This document shows, piece by piece, positions 1 to 12,373 of a DNA stretch of 64,000 nt. Numbering within the stretch: the first letter of the stretch is position 1; every line of letters starts with the position of its first letter. Both the position numbers and the translations under genes were made by a program. Below the pieces are notes generated by a model. The model was given only the letters and a program-made list of their open reading frames with translations, was not told where the DNA came from and searched no databases. This DNA comes from Utricularia gibba (lineage: Eukaryota > Plantae > Magnoliophyta): NCBI GenBank assembly GCA_002189035.1, contig CM007991.1:496001-560000 (forward strand). The letters run 5' to 3'.

Positions 1-104
1 CCTACACAGGGAGCCTTGTATGGAGATACATTCAGTGGCCAGAATGAGTAGGATAGGCACTCCAGGGCAGATTGGTGGGAAGCAGAGGATTCCAACGTGT
101 CCAT
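1..104 (-). CDS. Possible start of an unidentified gene running off the left edge (MDTLESSASHQSALECLSYSFWPLNVSPYKAPCV...)
   Basis: ATG at 104-102 opens a frame with no stop before the window edge. It lies just inside an exon preceded by a long polypyrimidine tract and TTCCAG acceptor (G at 128). Positions ~670-960 look like a CT-rich 5' leader on the minus strand. No homology recognised. Confidence 0.25.
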   Translation of the reverse strand, partial: MDTLESSASHQSALECLSYSFWPLNVSPYKAPCV

Positions 105-2035
105 TCTACTACTTTTCCGTGGAGCATCTGGAAGAAAGGAAGGGGCAGGGGAAAATGGAAGAGAATCAGCAAGGAGAAAGGGTTCAGCTTCTGAATCTTA
201 GAACTGAATTTACAGATTCTGCATTTCTAGTCATTTTGTAAGCAGACAGATCATGCAATTCTACATTTTACTCTCAAGGCATGATTAAGCCACGTCCCTT
301 TGTTTCAACAAGAGGATGAATGAGCTAACGTGGCTCTTCTGTCTATACATCCAAGCCCATGAAAGCCATACAGCATCATCAATCCCACATTCATAGAGCT
401 TGAGGGGTGCTGCTCTCCTAGCTTGCTATGCTTCAAGTGGAATGCAACTTGCTTAGTGGACTGACAGTCCCCTGCCCGCCAGTGTTTCCACCTGAAACCT
501 TGCGTCTCCCTTTCTATCTTGCTCTTTCCCAGTTGTTCTTCCAACGAAGGAAAACAAAGGGCAAAGATAACAAGCTGCTGTTGTTATTCACATAAACAGA
601 GAAGCTGCTGTTTTGGTCCAAAGCAGATCCAATTCTAAGATAAACAACTTTACCATTCCATAAGTAACCTCACCCAAAACGGACTGTGAGGGAGGAGCTA
701 TTCAGTATTATCTTCAGTCTTCATGAATACTGATCCATTGCGGCCCAGCCAATAAGCTATTGATACACCAGTTTTTAAAGCGGGGAGGCAGTCAACAATA
801 TACACGAGGGGTTGGATGAATAGCCAACCAGATTGGCGAAGAAAAAGCGTAGAGAAAATCTAAACCTAAAGCAGTAAAAAGCAAGCAGTAGAGAGAGCGA
901 AGAGCTAGAAGCACAAAGGCAGAAGAACCAAGACCAAACAAAACAGATGAACTAAATCTGAAGCTTTTTTATTGCTTCAATAGGTGCAGTTGTTAAACTA
1001 AGCATTCCATACTTGAGCCAATTAATTGTTAAAGGTGATTTCAGTTCACATAAACAAATTATCATAACCTGGAAAACGGATTATACAACTCGCCGATGAG
1101 ACATACAGAAGCCACAGCCAGCAACTATTAACACATCCCCACAAATGCTTGGAAGAAGAGGCAGGTTCGACCAAAACCACCTCAAGTGCCTAAGCATTCG
1201 TGGGACTAAATTCCCACACCTCAAGCAAGCTAAAAATAAGCAACAAGGATTGGCAATCGCAGTACCATAGTTTGCCACATGCAGAGCTTGGTTCAACAGC
1301 TTAGTTAGCTACCTCCACACCCCTCAGAGTTGGTTTTACACTAACTTTTCACGATGCAAAATCCCTGCAAATTTCATGCTCATGAGTACAAGATAAGTGG
1401 CAAATTATTAATAGAGTATGTATGCACTCGCAGCAGCAATATTCTAACCCAGGGATAGAGGCGAATGGAGAAGATGTGACACGTAAAACAATCAAGAAAA
1501 ACGACAGTTGGAGAAAAAGTAGTTTGCAGCATTAAGCTTATTAATTTTTTTTCAACGCTGGATAAATGGAGGACTAAATGCTGTCAAGAAAGCGCACAAA
1601 ACCTGTTCTCTATTCACGCTTAAATACCACGAACAGCAGCAGCTAGTGTTGTAACCAATAAAGGAAGTGCGTCAAATTCCCTTGCAATCTTCAACAATTC
1701 TTTTCAGAAAATTATTTATAGAACGAACTAATGTGATTCAGCATCCCAAAATGGATATCTGAAAAGCGGGCAATAGGGATCACAGAGGTTTATTTGCAAA
1801 TAGTAAATATAAAGAATCAACTCCAAGTTCATATTATAATCATTTATGCCTAAAGCCTCGACAGACAGAAGGATAAAAATTTCAAAACCTCTTTTTCAGG
1901 TGATGAGGGAGAGCAATTCAGACTACATAGGCACAAATGGTACCGCAAAACCCATAAAAATAACAAATTACAAGTGCCAACAGAGAATGCGTTAATGAAA
2001 AAAAGAAACCAGCAACAAACCACAGGCATAGCCAG

Positions 2036-5000
2036 CTACTTGGAAGAGGAAACAGGGTGCGAGTTAGAAATACAACTACTAGAAAGAGCAGCATGATCAC
2101 CATTCGCATGACTAGTGTTTGCCTCTGTAGATGATACGGGTTTCAGAAGATTCCCCTTTCCCACAAATGCAGAAGATAATTGTGAATTACCCTGTCAGAA
2201 CAAGAGCACAGATAAGATGCAACGATGATGAGCAGATAGCTACTAAGTCAGAATAAAAACACAGCATGCTTTTCAGTGGTGTGATGCAACTACATATTTT
2301 TCATTGTTCAAGTAAGAAGATTACAGCATGAGGAAGGGTCACGCCCATCCACCTTCTGCAGTTAAAATACAGAACATACATTTTTATCAAGAATATTAGC
2401 ATGAAATGAATTTCGATTTGCTGGTGACTTGAACTGCAAGCGAACTGTAGCATTGGCAGAAGCACTGTTTGATCCCAATCGCTCACCCAAACCAGCAGAA
2501 ATGGATATATTGTTCCCTGCAGACACAAAGATTACATTACATTTTTCAACGAATGCACAAGGTTACCATCCTTCATAGCAACACAAAATCTAACACTGGG
2601 CAACATTCAACAGTTCCCAAACCCAATTACCGTTCAGGACCTCTTAAAAAAATAAACAATCAAATCCCAGTGTAAACATTCCACAATTTCAGGAAGATTA
2701 GTGACCTTGGTGTTTTTCTGTTTCTGCTTGTGCTGTTCTACTACTTTCGCCAGCAAGTACCTGTTAAAACATAATCTGTTAGACTAAGTAAACCAAAGCG
2801 GAGATTGCATGCAGTGATTAATGTCATGTAGCAAATATGACAGCACCAAAAATATAAAATATTATCATGTGCTTGTCAGAAATGAATGAAAGTGATACCC
2901 GTTGCTGTGGTTTACTAGTTTGTGCTTGCTGATATTTCAGAAGAGTCCAGTCAAAAACGTAATTGAACTCATATCCTACAAGAGGCAGCATGATTAAAGT
3001 CTTCTGAGACACTCCCAAGAAGAAAGCATCACTGTGAAAACAGGGTATGCACAAGCGTTTCGGAAAATGCTTCTCTGCAAACTTGTAAGCTGGATACGTG
3101 GAAAAAAAATCAAAGATGCATAATCAGGAGAATGTTACCTTCACGGGTGAAAAGCTCACGAAACAAGCGTTTCAGAAATCCATAATCAGGCCTCTGATCA
3201 AATGTCAGTGAATGGCAGTAGTGGAAATATGAGGCAAACTCCACAGGATGGGACTTGCATAACACCTTAAGAGAACAAAACGTGCATAGTAAAATCCTAT
3301 GAGGCGATGCATGTGAATCCAAAGTAATATCTGCCCCTCACCTCAATGGGAGTTGACAATTTCTTTTCGCAAATCTTGTCATACTTCTGCTTCTTTGTGG
3401 CAGCTTTCAATCCCTGCCAAGGGAGACTATACATACAATTAAAGTTGGTAAATACGAAAATTGATAACACAAGCCCACAAAAACTTAGAACAAGTTTGGA
3501 TTAATATCCAAATAAGTATTCTATTTCTATCAACACTCATGTTCTATATAGAGAATGGCAAAACGGCACACAACAAACTAATGGTCTTACCACACATAAA
3601 ATATCAAGTAAAATATAAATTAAAATCTCTAACAGCAGGGAAAGAGAAGATGGAAAAAAAGAAGGGAGATGAGAAGCTGCATACCTTCCTCTCAGAAAGT
3701 ACAGAAGAACATATCCCAGGGACTCTAAATCATCTCTTCTGCTTTGTTCTGGAGAATTTAAAATATGGAAATAAATCGCTTAGTACACAAGCAGTTACAC
3801 ACAAACAAAGAAAAAGGTAAAATTAAAAAAATAATTGTAATAATAATACTAATACTAATAATAATGTCCTTGAATTGAAGAGGACATGTGGTACTCTTTC
3901 CTGTAAATAATTTCCAGAACTTCAAAAAAAAAAAAAAAACAATGAAAGTGTTACCAATCCCAAGATGGGTATTACAACTGGCATAACGTGCAGTTCCAGT
4001 TAAATTTTTGTTCTCCCTGTTCATAGTAGGAAGCAAAAACATTTTCACCACAAAACTCATAGTGAATAGACGATGAAAGGAATGGAGATAAATGATCTTT
4101 TTGACTGCTGAAAGAAATATCATCCTTGAAGAACATTTGATCATATGATGACTGCAGATAGATCAAATAATCAAACAAGCAAGAACTGAACAGCTAAAAG
4201 CCTCAAAGTTTTCCAAATTTCAAACACAAGATCAATGTCTCAGCAGAAAAGCACCTGTAAGGAATATGTCGGTTTGTTGTTGAATCCCTATATCTCTTAG
4301 CCAGGCCGAAATCAATTATGTAAACCTAATAAAGTACAAAAGAGAAATATGAATACAAGCGGGATGCCAAACTCAGCAATACTAAAAGACACAAATGTCG
4401 CATCACACTACCTGATTAGCTTTTCGACCAAGACCCATAAGGAAGTTATCTGGTTTAATATCCCGATGTAAAAATCCTTTGGAATGTGCAAATTCAATCC
4501 TAGTTATCTGAAAACCAATAAATACACAACTTAACTAAGTTATTCAACAGGACAATATGAAGAAATAAGGATCAAATATAAGTCTGAAATAACCATTTGA
4601 TCTGCCAGCATCAAGACAGTCTTCAATGAGAATTTCCTACCACAATACACAAAAAGATCCTCAAGACTCGGTCCAAGCAAGTCAATCACAAGCACATTGT
4701 CATCTCCATCAATACCAGACCATTTAATGCCTGGTATACCACCTGAGAGCATATAATTCTGAAATTTCAAATAGGAAGAACAAAACATCGAAGCAATCAA
4801 AATGTAGATATCCTTTTTTGAATGTAATGCAGACTCATACAGATTAAAATGACTGTACATGAAAAAATAAATAAATTGAAAAGCTCGAATTTTAAAGTAC
4901 AACGTGATCATAAAAAATAACTGTTACAAATCCCACTTTCAACAGGGTTAAAAAAATGAAACATTTGATACATTAACGCCCCAAACGAAAGTGGAATGCC

Positions 5001-5741
5001 CCATTTCCCAGATCAAAACTTTAATTCGAACTTCGGCCTTTTGAATAACAGAACACAGGCTGCTCGACACTGAACAATATTTATAATTCAAATATCATGT
5101 AGCAATAGATCTATAAGGACACAAAAATTAACGAAATTATGTCAACACACAATATCACCAATATTTGACTTTATATATTCATGGAAATAGCAACTCAAGC
5201 TTACTACATACTTCCTCCTTGAAGGATGTTGTATATCTTGGCTTCATACAAAAGCTGAGGATGCTTGGTTTTATTATTTTCCTGCAGAAAAAAGTAATCC
5301 ACCAGAAGGAGATGCAGAAGATATCAACTCCATAACCATGTTAAAATAAACATAGAGGCAGCAATATAAGCTTCCATAGAATTGACACTGGAAAACCATA
5401 ACTTGTTTCTAGGATATAATGTCGAGAAACAAGAGCAAGCTAACAACCCCCGCAAAGGTCTCGTTTGAGAATAAATGAAGCCGATGCGCCATCCAGAAGC
5501 ATAAATAATATCAGCGAAAAAAATGCTGTAACTTACAATCTTCACTGCAACGACCTCGAAAGTCTCTACATGCGTAGCTGGAGAACACAAACAAAAATAA
5601 AAAAAAATTATTCAAGTTAAGGATATCCATCGAAGAGGACGCATCGAATGCCGCGTAAATCTCACCAAGAAAGATTTCGCCAAATGAACCACTACCGATC
5701 TTTCGGCCAAGCTTGAATTTACCTCCAACGACCCTTTCCAT
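2036..5741 (-). CDS. CKL: Casein kinase I (CKL3/CKL4-like), 14 exons, ~421 aa
   Basis: Exons 5741-5666, 5577-5537, 5281-5212, 4742-4594, 4507-4412, 4325-4255, 4016-3955, 3748-3685, 3426-3342, 3265-3139, 2975-2899, 2760-2706, 2516-2380, 2191-2036 join in frame (1266 nt, all GT-AG). CK1 motifs: [56 protein letters not shown]. The last three exons (variable tail) are less certain. Confidence 0.93.
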
Positions 5742-6436
5742 GACATCAACCCCTCAAATCAAACCTGAAAATCATCAATCGAATCCCCACCCCCAAGAAC
5801 GCGGGAAACTGGCAGCTAATCGAGGAATTTTACACCGAAGACAGACTACCGAAGGATTTGCTAGGTAGCACAATAGCGGTACCAAGATGATAAGAACCCT
5901 CGGTGCATCATGAGGTGTACACTAAGGTACAATCAATATCCGCATGTCCAAGCTGGCTATTCCGTGTCACGTCTAAGAAAACAAAAATGGGGTCAATGAT
6001 TAAAATTTTCAAAAGTATATAATATTAATATAATAAATTCAAAAAATCTTAAATTTTGATGGAAATTATTTTTTTGAATTAAAATTGTACGTTTTTATTT
6101 TTATAGAGAGAGAAAAAAATAGACAAAACGGTGATTAAGAATATTAAAATAAGAGAAAATTAGTAATTAAAAAATGTTTTTTTTTGGTAAATGATACATT
6201 GTTTTTAAAATAATATCAACATAGATATAAATACGTAATTTTTACACGTGCACGGCGGTTATGAGAAGGTGCTCCTCCGGAGGAGTAGGCAGCCGCAGGA
6301 CGCAATGGCAACAAGGGTGAAGATGAGGTCTTAGTCTAATGTGTCGTCTTCTCACTCATGTTCCATTTCTACAAGCCACCATCTTGCGGCTTCAATCATT
6401 CCCCAATTCCAATTTCCTTGGGATTCTGCCTTCGGC
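5742..6436. promoter_or_regulatory. Short divergent intergenic region between CK1 and NYC1, with a G-box
   Basis: The two start codons are 695 bp apart, head to head. AT-rich core; CACGTG at 6245-6250 on the NYC1 side. Confidence 0.5.
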
Positions 6437-9400
6437 ATGGCCACGTTGGCTTACCGGCATCTTCCGCCCTTGGTTTGCCAACATGCGGGTGGGCGTCCGC
6501 CGCGGCGGCTTATGCTCCGTCGTTGGAGTAACGACTTTTGTGCTGGTGGTCGCCGGAGGGTGTGGGTTAGTCCCTGCAGGTCTTTAAAGGCCGACGAGGA
6601 TCGTGGGTTGCATGAGAAAGAGAAGAGCGAGAAAGGGGACTCTGGGGCTAGCGTTGTTGGGTCGAGAAAAGATGAGAATAAATTTGTGGGTTTGATTAGA
6701 TACGCTGTCTGGAGTGTCTCCAAGCCAAGTTTACGATCAGGATGGGTGTTCAGAGAAGCTATAGAGAAGTTGGAAGAGACGTTGTTTTCTGTAAGTTCAT
6801 TTTGTCTTCGAAAATTCGTCATTTCCCACGGGTACGCCATATGTGGGATTGTTTGTTTTACATAGTTATTCATAGCCGTTTTATCAAACTGTGAACTTTG
6901 GGGACTGACAGTAGGATTTACGTGAATTCCAATAACATTTGTTGGAATGGTATTCTCAGTTATTGCTAATTTTGCTAACTGGTGCAAACTTTTGTCACCT
7001 TTCTGTTCTTGTTCAGTGTTTTCATGATTTATTCTGAATTTGTGTTGAAGGAAAGTAATCTAGTTGAACAAGCAAATATATCTCAATGCTGAAGAATGCG
7101 TTTGATTTTAACTGGATAAATATTGGAGAAGATTCCATCTAATTATATGTGAGTAAGATGAATATTTATCTCGTCCACCCATCTCTTGACACTGCTGCAT
7201 CCCTTTCACAGCTTTCTATTCACGTTGGGAGATATATAGTCACAATGCTAAGCACTGGAGCTATACTACTGATTGGGTTTCAGTTGTCAGGTTAGCGATC
7301 CATGTTCAATTCTTTTAAAAAATAGACATCTTGACCTTCTTGCGCTTATTATTCAACTTGATTATCTTGACCAAAAAAAACCAGGTGGGGATGAGCAAAT
7401 GAACACATTAATTTGGATAGTTGGCTTGGAGGAATCATTATTGGATCAATGATTGGTTCCAACATGGTATTGGACGAAGTCAGTAGATCAGGTCCTCGCA
7501 ACGTTGTCATAACTGGAAGGTACTTCTTAAGAGGGGACAAGTGTCACGACCCTAAAGACACTTTGAGAACTGGATGCCTAGCAGTTGCCATGATAAAACT
7601 GAATTCTTTCCAATGTTTCTACTATATCATCCTTAAATAATTCTGTCCCTCCTTTCAGCTATAATGAATGACTTGCTGAGATTCAGGAGTTGTTGATGTA
7701 CATTTTTTATCAAGTTAAGCATATTCCATAGATGAGACCCCAGCAGGATTTGGCTTCTTTTTTTTTCTGTCACTTTTTTTTCTGCAGATATGGATTGCCA
7801 CTTGTTATATAGCGGAGTTGTTTCTTTGCAGCACAAGAGGGCTAGGAAAAGCTTTGGCACGGGAGTTCTTGCTTTCAGGTGACAGGGTTGTCGTTACTTC
7901 TCGGAGGTAATGCGCAATTCTGTGAAACATCTTACGTTTCATATTGTGCCCTTGAATTCGTAGCTCTTATCTATTTAGGGTTTTGGCCACAGCCCTGAAT
8001 CTGTTGACATGACCATCAAGGAGCTTTCTGAAAACTTGCAACAACTCAAAGTTGCATGTGTTTCATCAGCTAAAAAGTTACGCCATGCAAAAGTGGTGGG
8101 AGTTCCATGCGATGTTTCTAAACCTGATGATATAAAAACGTTGGCAAAATTTGCAGTTGATGAACTGGGAAGGATTGACATCTGGGTATATAGTGATCGT
8201 CATTTACTTTTTCAGTTCTTTGTTTTACCTCATGTAATCGCTTGATCACTCTTTCAGGCACACACTTACATTGGTAGAACTTTAATCTCCATCAGTTTCT
8301 TTTGTTACTATCTATGCTTGCCTGATTTGGATGCATAGATTTTCTCATGCAATTAGAGCCAAAAAAATGTTATAGTATGGATGGAGACGATCTGTTTCAT
8401 TAAAGAATTTGATGTTTCCACTATGCAATGGTTTTGAGTGCCAAGATTTTTTATAGGTTAACAATGCTGGCGTCAACAAGGGATTCAGGCCATTGCTGCA
8501 ATTTGATGATGACGACATCCAGCAGGTGTGCCATTTTGGCTGATTAGTTTTCTATCCTCAAGACTTCAGTATTTAGTTTGCCCAAATATTGATTACGTAT
8601 TCCAATGTACCATTTAGTTGAAGAATTTGAGCTCATACAACTCCTTTATTTGATTATGCTTTCATCATTGAGAGACATACTTCTAGCATGATATATGCTG
8701 CTTTTCCATACGTCTGTACAAGCCTGTTCTAAGAGAGCGTGATAAGGAGCGGGTGAAAATTGTTAAGATAGAAGAGAAGAAAACGAATAAGAATGTCCCA
8801 GTTAGTATGTTTTCATCATGATATGTAATTCAAGAATGAACAGATCGTATCTACAAATTTGATTGGGTCCATACTCTGCACTCGTGAAGCGTTGAGCATC
8901 ATGGAAAACCAGAAATCTGGTGGTAATATATTCAACATGGATGGTGCAGGATCAGGAGGATCCAGCACACCACTTACTGCTGTGTGAGTTCACTTTTGGA
9001 ACCTAGAAGAATGCTATTGAATTACTTTTTCCTGGCATGGCTTGACTAGTGTTTTCCTATTGAAACAGATATGGCTCGACAAAATGTGGCCTTAGACAGC
9101 TTCATTCATCACTCCTCGTGGAGTGCAGAAGATCGAATGTGGGAGTCCATACTGCCTCTCCAGGCATGGTTCTTACAGACTTGCTGTTAAGGTACATCAT
9201 CTCTGGTTGCATTCCTTGATTGACTTCGTTGATGTGTTGGTATTCTTTTTTGAAGCTGAAATGCAGCTTCACTTTCTCCACCTTCCATGAAGTAGCTCCT
9301 TGTTCTTGTCAGCATTTGCATTCGAAACTTTCAGGGCTCTTTTGCAACATAGATGTTGGACACTGGAAATATACCATATGTACATATGATCTATATTAAT

Positions 9401-9946
9401 GTTTGCTGAGATGGTGCCTTCTGCATGGGAAAGAATGATCATTTCTATAGCTGTACATGTTTGCAGTGGTGCAAGTGTTAAAAATAAGCAGATGTTCAAC
9501 ATCGTATGCGAGCTCCCTGAGACGGTTGCAAGAACCTTGGTTCCACGAATGAGAACTGTCAAGGGAAGTGGGAAGGCAATTAACTATTTGACTCCTCCAA
9601 GAATTCTGCTTGCTCTAGTCACTGCCTGGCTAAGACAAGGCCGCTGGTTCGATGATCAGGTATGATTACAAACAAGTTCTCATAGAAAATCACTCAAAAA
9701 AAAAAAGAAAACTGTTTTGCAGTATGATCCTCATCTCCTGGCATGTACTACTGCTTTCAGGGACGAGCACTTTATGCTGCTGAGGCTGATAGACTCCGCA
9801 ACTGGGCTGAAAGCCGTACACGCTTTTCATTCACAGATGCAATGGAAATGTACACAGAGAACACTTGGGTTTCTGTGTTTTCACTCTCAGTAGTCTGCGC
9901 CTTCATCATCTTGTCAAGTGCATCTAATTCGATGCCTGGTACCTGA
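6437..9946 (+). CDS. NYC1: Chlorophyll(ide) b reductase NYC1, chloroplastic SDR, 10 exons; 1-nt frameshift in exon 3 as assembled
   Basis: Exons 6437-6790, 7212-7290, 7385-7519, 7832-7906, 7993-8185, 8457-8525, 8844-8983, 9069-9191, 9467-9659, 9761-9946 total 1547 nt, one short of 1548. Motifs: GRYIVTM, SWLGGIIIG, VVITGSTRGLGKALAREF (Rossmann), VNNAG, YGSTK (YxxxK), C-terminal TENTWVSVFSLSVVCAFIIL characteristic of NYC1. Frame breaks at 7414-7419. Confidence 0.93.
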
Positions 9947-10750
9947 TCTGTGAAGGGCTCTTTTCTGCACTTCAGAAGATTCCTTTATGGCATGCCTTTG
10001 GTATATAGCATTCCTATTCTTTTTTCAGTTGTAAAAGGATATCCTCTTCTCTTTCTTCTGTGTATTTTATCTGGATTTCAGTGTTTGGATTACAGTGAGC
10101 AATGAGGTCATGCTGGAAAACAGATGTAGCCCAGTAGAGTGACATATGATCCACTGACTTCCTCCTCACAAATGCTCATAAGATTTAAAATAATGTTGAA
10201 ATTTGAGATTTTTTTTGAATTTTTAAATTATTTTAAATTTCAAAAATCTCATGACGATCATTTTTGTGAAATTTTAAATTTGAATTTACTTCAAATAAAA
10301 CAATTTCCACTTTAATTTAATTTTATTTACAACTGTTGGATTAGTATTTATTAATATTATTGATTTTTTTAATTTTCAACGGTACACAACACACTATTTC
10401 GAAGTTTATTTCGAATGGATTGTGTTGACTGTTGAACCATAAATTATATTATTTTTTATATTTTCGAAATTTCGATAGATGTAATTTGAAAACAAATCTA
10501 ACTCAGAATTTAAAACTTTTTCGAATTTCGAAATATCTCAAGGTGGCTTAATATACTACAAATAATTCAGAATTTTAAATTTTTTATTAGATTAGTATTT
10601 ATTCATATATCAAGGTGGTTTATTATACTACAAATATATTAGTAATCTAGCCAGAGGAAATGCACACCAAAGTCCTGGCGATATTCATAGGCATCACAGA
10701 GTTACAACCACAGGCGTTCATCATCGCAGCTTTCTGTAGCAGCCGCTGCC

Positions 10751-11620
10751 TCACTCCCCGTCCGACTTATTGAACTCCTCCAGGATGACGATGATGGCGA
10801 CTATGAAGGCGTAGTCAACATTTGGATTAACAGTCACCCCGTAGGTGTCTTTCCCAAGGAGAATGCTCTGGGCAGTGTGTCTCTTGTGCATCTGCAGCAT
10901 TGAGAAAATGACACAGAAGCAGTGAGTGAGTAGATGCTGGAGACTTGAGGGAAGAAGATGATGATGGTCACAGGGATGGAGTTTTTCTCACTTGGGCTAT
11001 GATGTTGTTGGAGTTCCCAGCATATATCACGCATGATCTCTCGAACCAGCTGCCCTGGATTCTGAAATCGCAGTGATCCTCAGCTGTGTTGGCTGCCAAG
11101 TACACATCCAGCTTCGTTTTCAGCTGCAGAAGAGACGATCTCTTCACTGTGAATAACAGATCCGTTTCCTCCGTACTCTCCCCTCTAAAAACCTTCCACC
11201 TTCCATGGACGGACATCACCTGATGCACAGCAAGGAAATCAATGCAATCGATAATCAACGGGAAGAAGATGTGTAACTCCGCACAGTAACTTTCGATTCT
11301 GTAAAAAAAAATTCACGATTTTCCAGAAATGAGAAAATTGGGGGAAACGAGACCTTTTGCTGGAAAGTGACGAGGGGGTGACCAGCGGCATCGATTAGAA
11401 CGTGTCGATCGCGGAAGCTGAAAAGTTTCTCTTTGATTTTGAAGACTAGGTTTCCGTTGACATCGACGACTTCGAAACTGCCGTCGGATAAACTGAGAAC
11501 CTTGCGGATGATGGTGAGATCTATTGGGTACGGAGCGCAGAAATGCGGGCTCACCACAGCTAACGGCGGCGGCGCCGCCACATGCGTCGGAGGCTGATTA
11601 CTGTAGCTAATTCCTGCCAT
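10751..11620 (-). CDS. LURP-one-related (LOR / tubby C-terminal-like) protein, 3 exons, ~211 aa
   Basis: Exons 11620-11354, 11219-10992, 10891-10751 in frame (636 nt). Family motifs VVSPHFCAPYPIDL, F-V-DVNGNLVFKIK, LIDAAGHPLVT, CDFRIQGSWFERSC, YGVTVNPNVDYAFIVAIIVIL. Confidence 0.9.
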
Positions 11621-12373
11621 TCCTCAGTCCTTTCCTCAGATCAACCGTCCCACGGAATCGTTCACGCGGTGGTTAGTTGGTTGGAATGAGATTTTTTTGT
11701 TGTGTGGCCGTGGGTTGATCACTTTTGACGTATTTATAATCGCATTCCACCATGCGTTGTTCGTGTATTTCATGAAAATTATGAAAGTAGCCCACCACTT
11801 TACTCAAATTATGTATTTTGCCCCAATATTTCACAATGTCAAATTTTAAATTAATTCTCACCCCCTCTGATGAACCCTGGTCTTTGATCGTAGCCATACA
11901 TGCCTTTCTTTCGCCGATGGGCATTTTTTTTGTTGATCGGACCTGGGCTTCTTTTCCTCCTTCAAGAAGCAGAATTCCGATGCATACCGGCGTAGCCAAA
12001 CTACTACCCATTTCCATCCAGTCCCCATTGTTTGCTTTTCCGGCATATCTGAGGGAGAAAAGGGTTTTGAAGGGACGCCAAGCATGCGCCGGGAATAGGT
12101 TCAATGCCTCAGGTTTGGTTTCACAGCTTTATCTCCACCCTTGTACCAATGCCCGGGAACTAGTACAACCCAAAGATTTCTGCATGGGTGCAGAGGAATG
12201 GGTGGGTAGTAGTAAGTTGAAAGTGATTTGTGTATGATTCTTGAATTACGGCTACAAGTTCATTCTGCGCCAACGAGGAAGGTCATTTAAGATTTTTGAG
12301 AATCAAAAGCTCCCGGAGCATCCAACCGTTAACCAACCAACAAGTGCTCTGTAATGTGGAACTCATGATCCGG

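Noticed and set aside
314-326. AGCTCATTCATCC (minus strand), resembling the conserved loop-proximal part of miR159/319 precursors
   Set aside because: No mature TTGGA(C/T)TGAAGGG sequence or long fold-back nearby.
382-392. ATCCCACATTC, near the snRNA upstream sequence element (RTCCCACATCG)
   Set aside because: One mismatch, no TATA at the required spacing and no snRNA sequence downstream.
2310-2356. Possible extra CK1 exon (CAG|AAGGTGGATGGG...)
   Set aside because: Including it breaks the frame or introduces a stop; 2380 joins 2191 cleanly.
6451-6987. Long antisense or alternative-frame ORFs over real genes (also 12955-13311, 19834-20310, 51422-52024, 54853-55311)
   Set aside because: Shadow ORFs of GC-rich coding exons, with no recognisable motifs.
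11673-12237. Three overlapping ORFs (143, 139 and 75 aa) between the glucanase stop and the LURP start
   Set aside because: No motif or splice structure; the ~750-bp gap is adequately explained as 3'UTR plus promoter.
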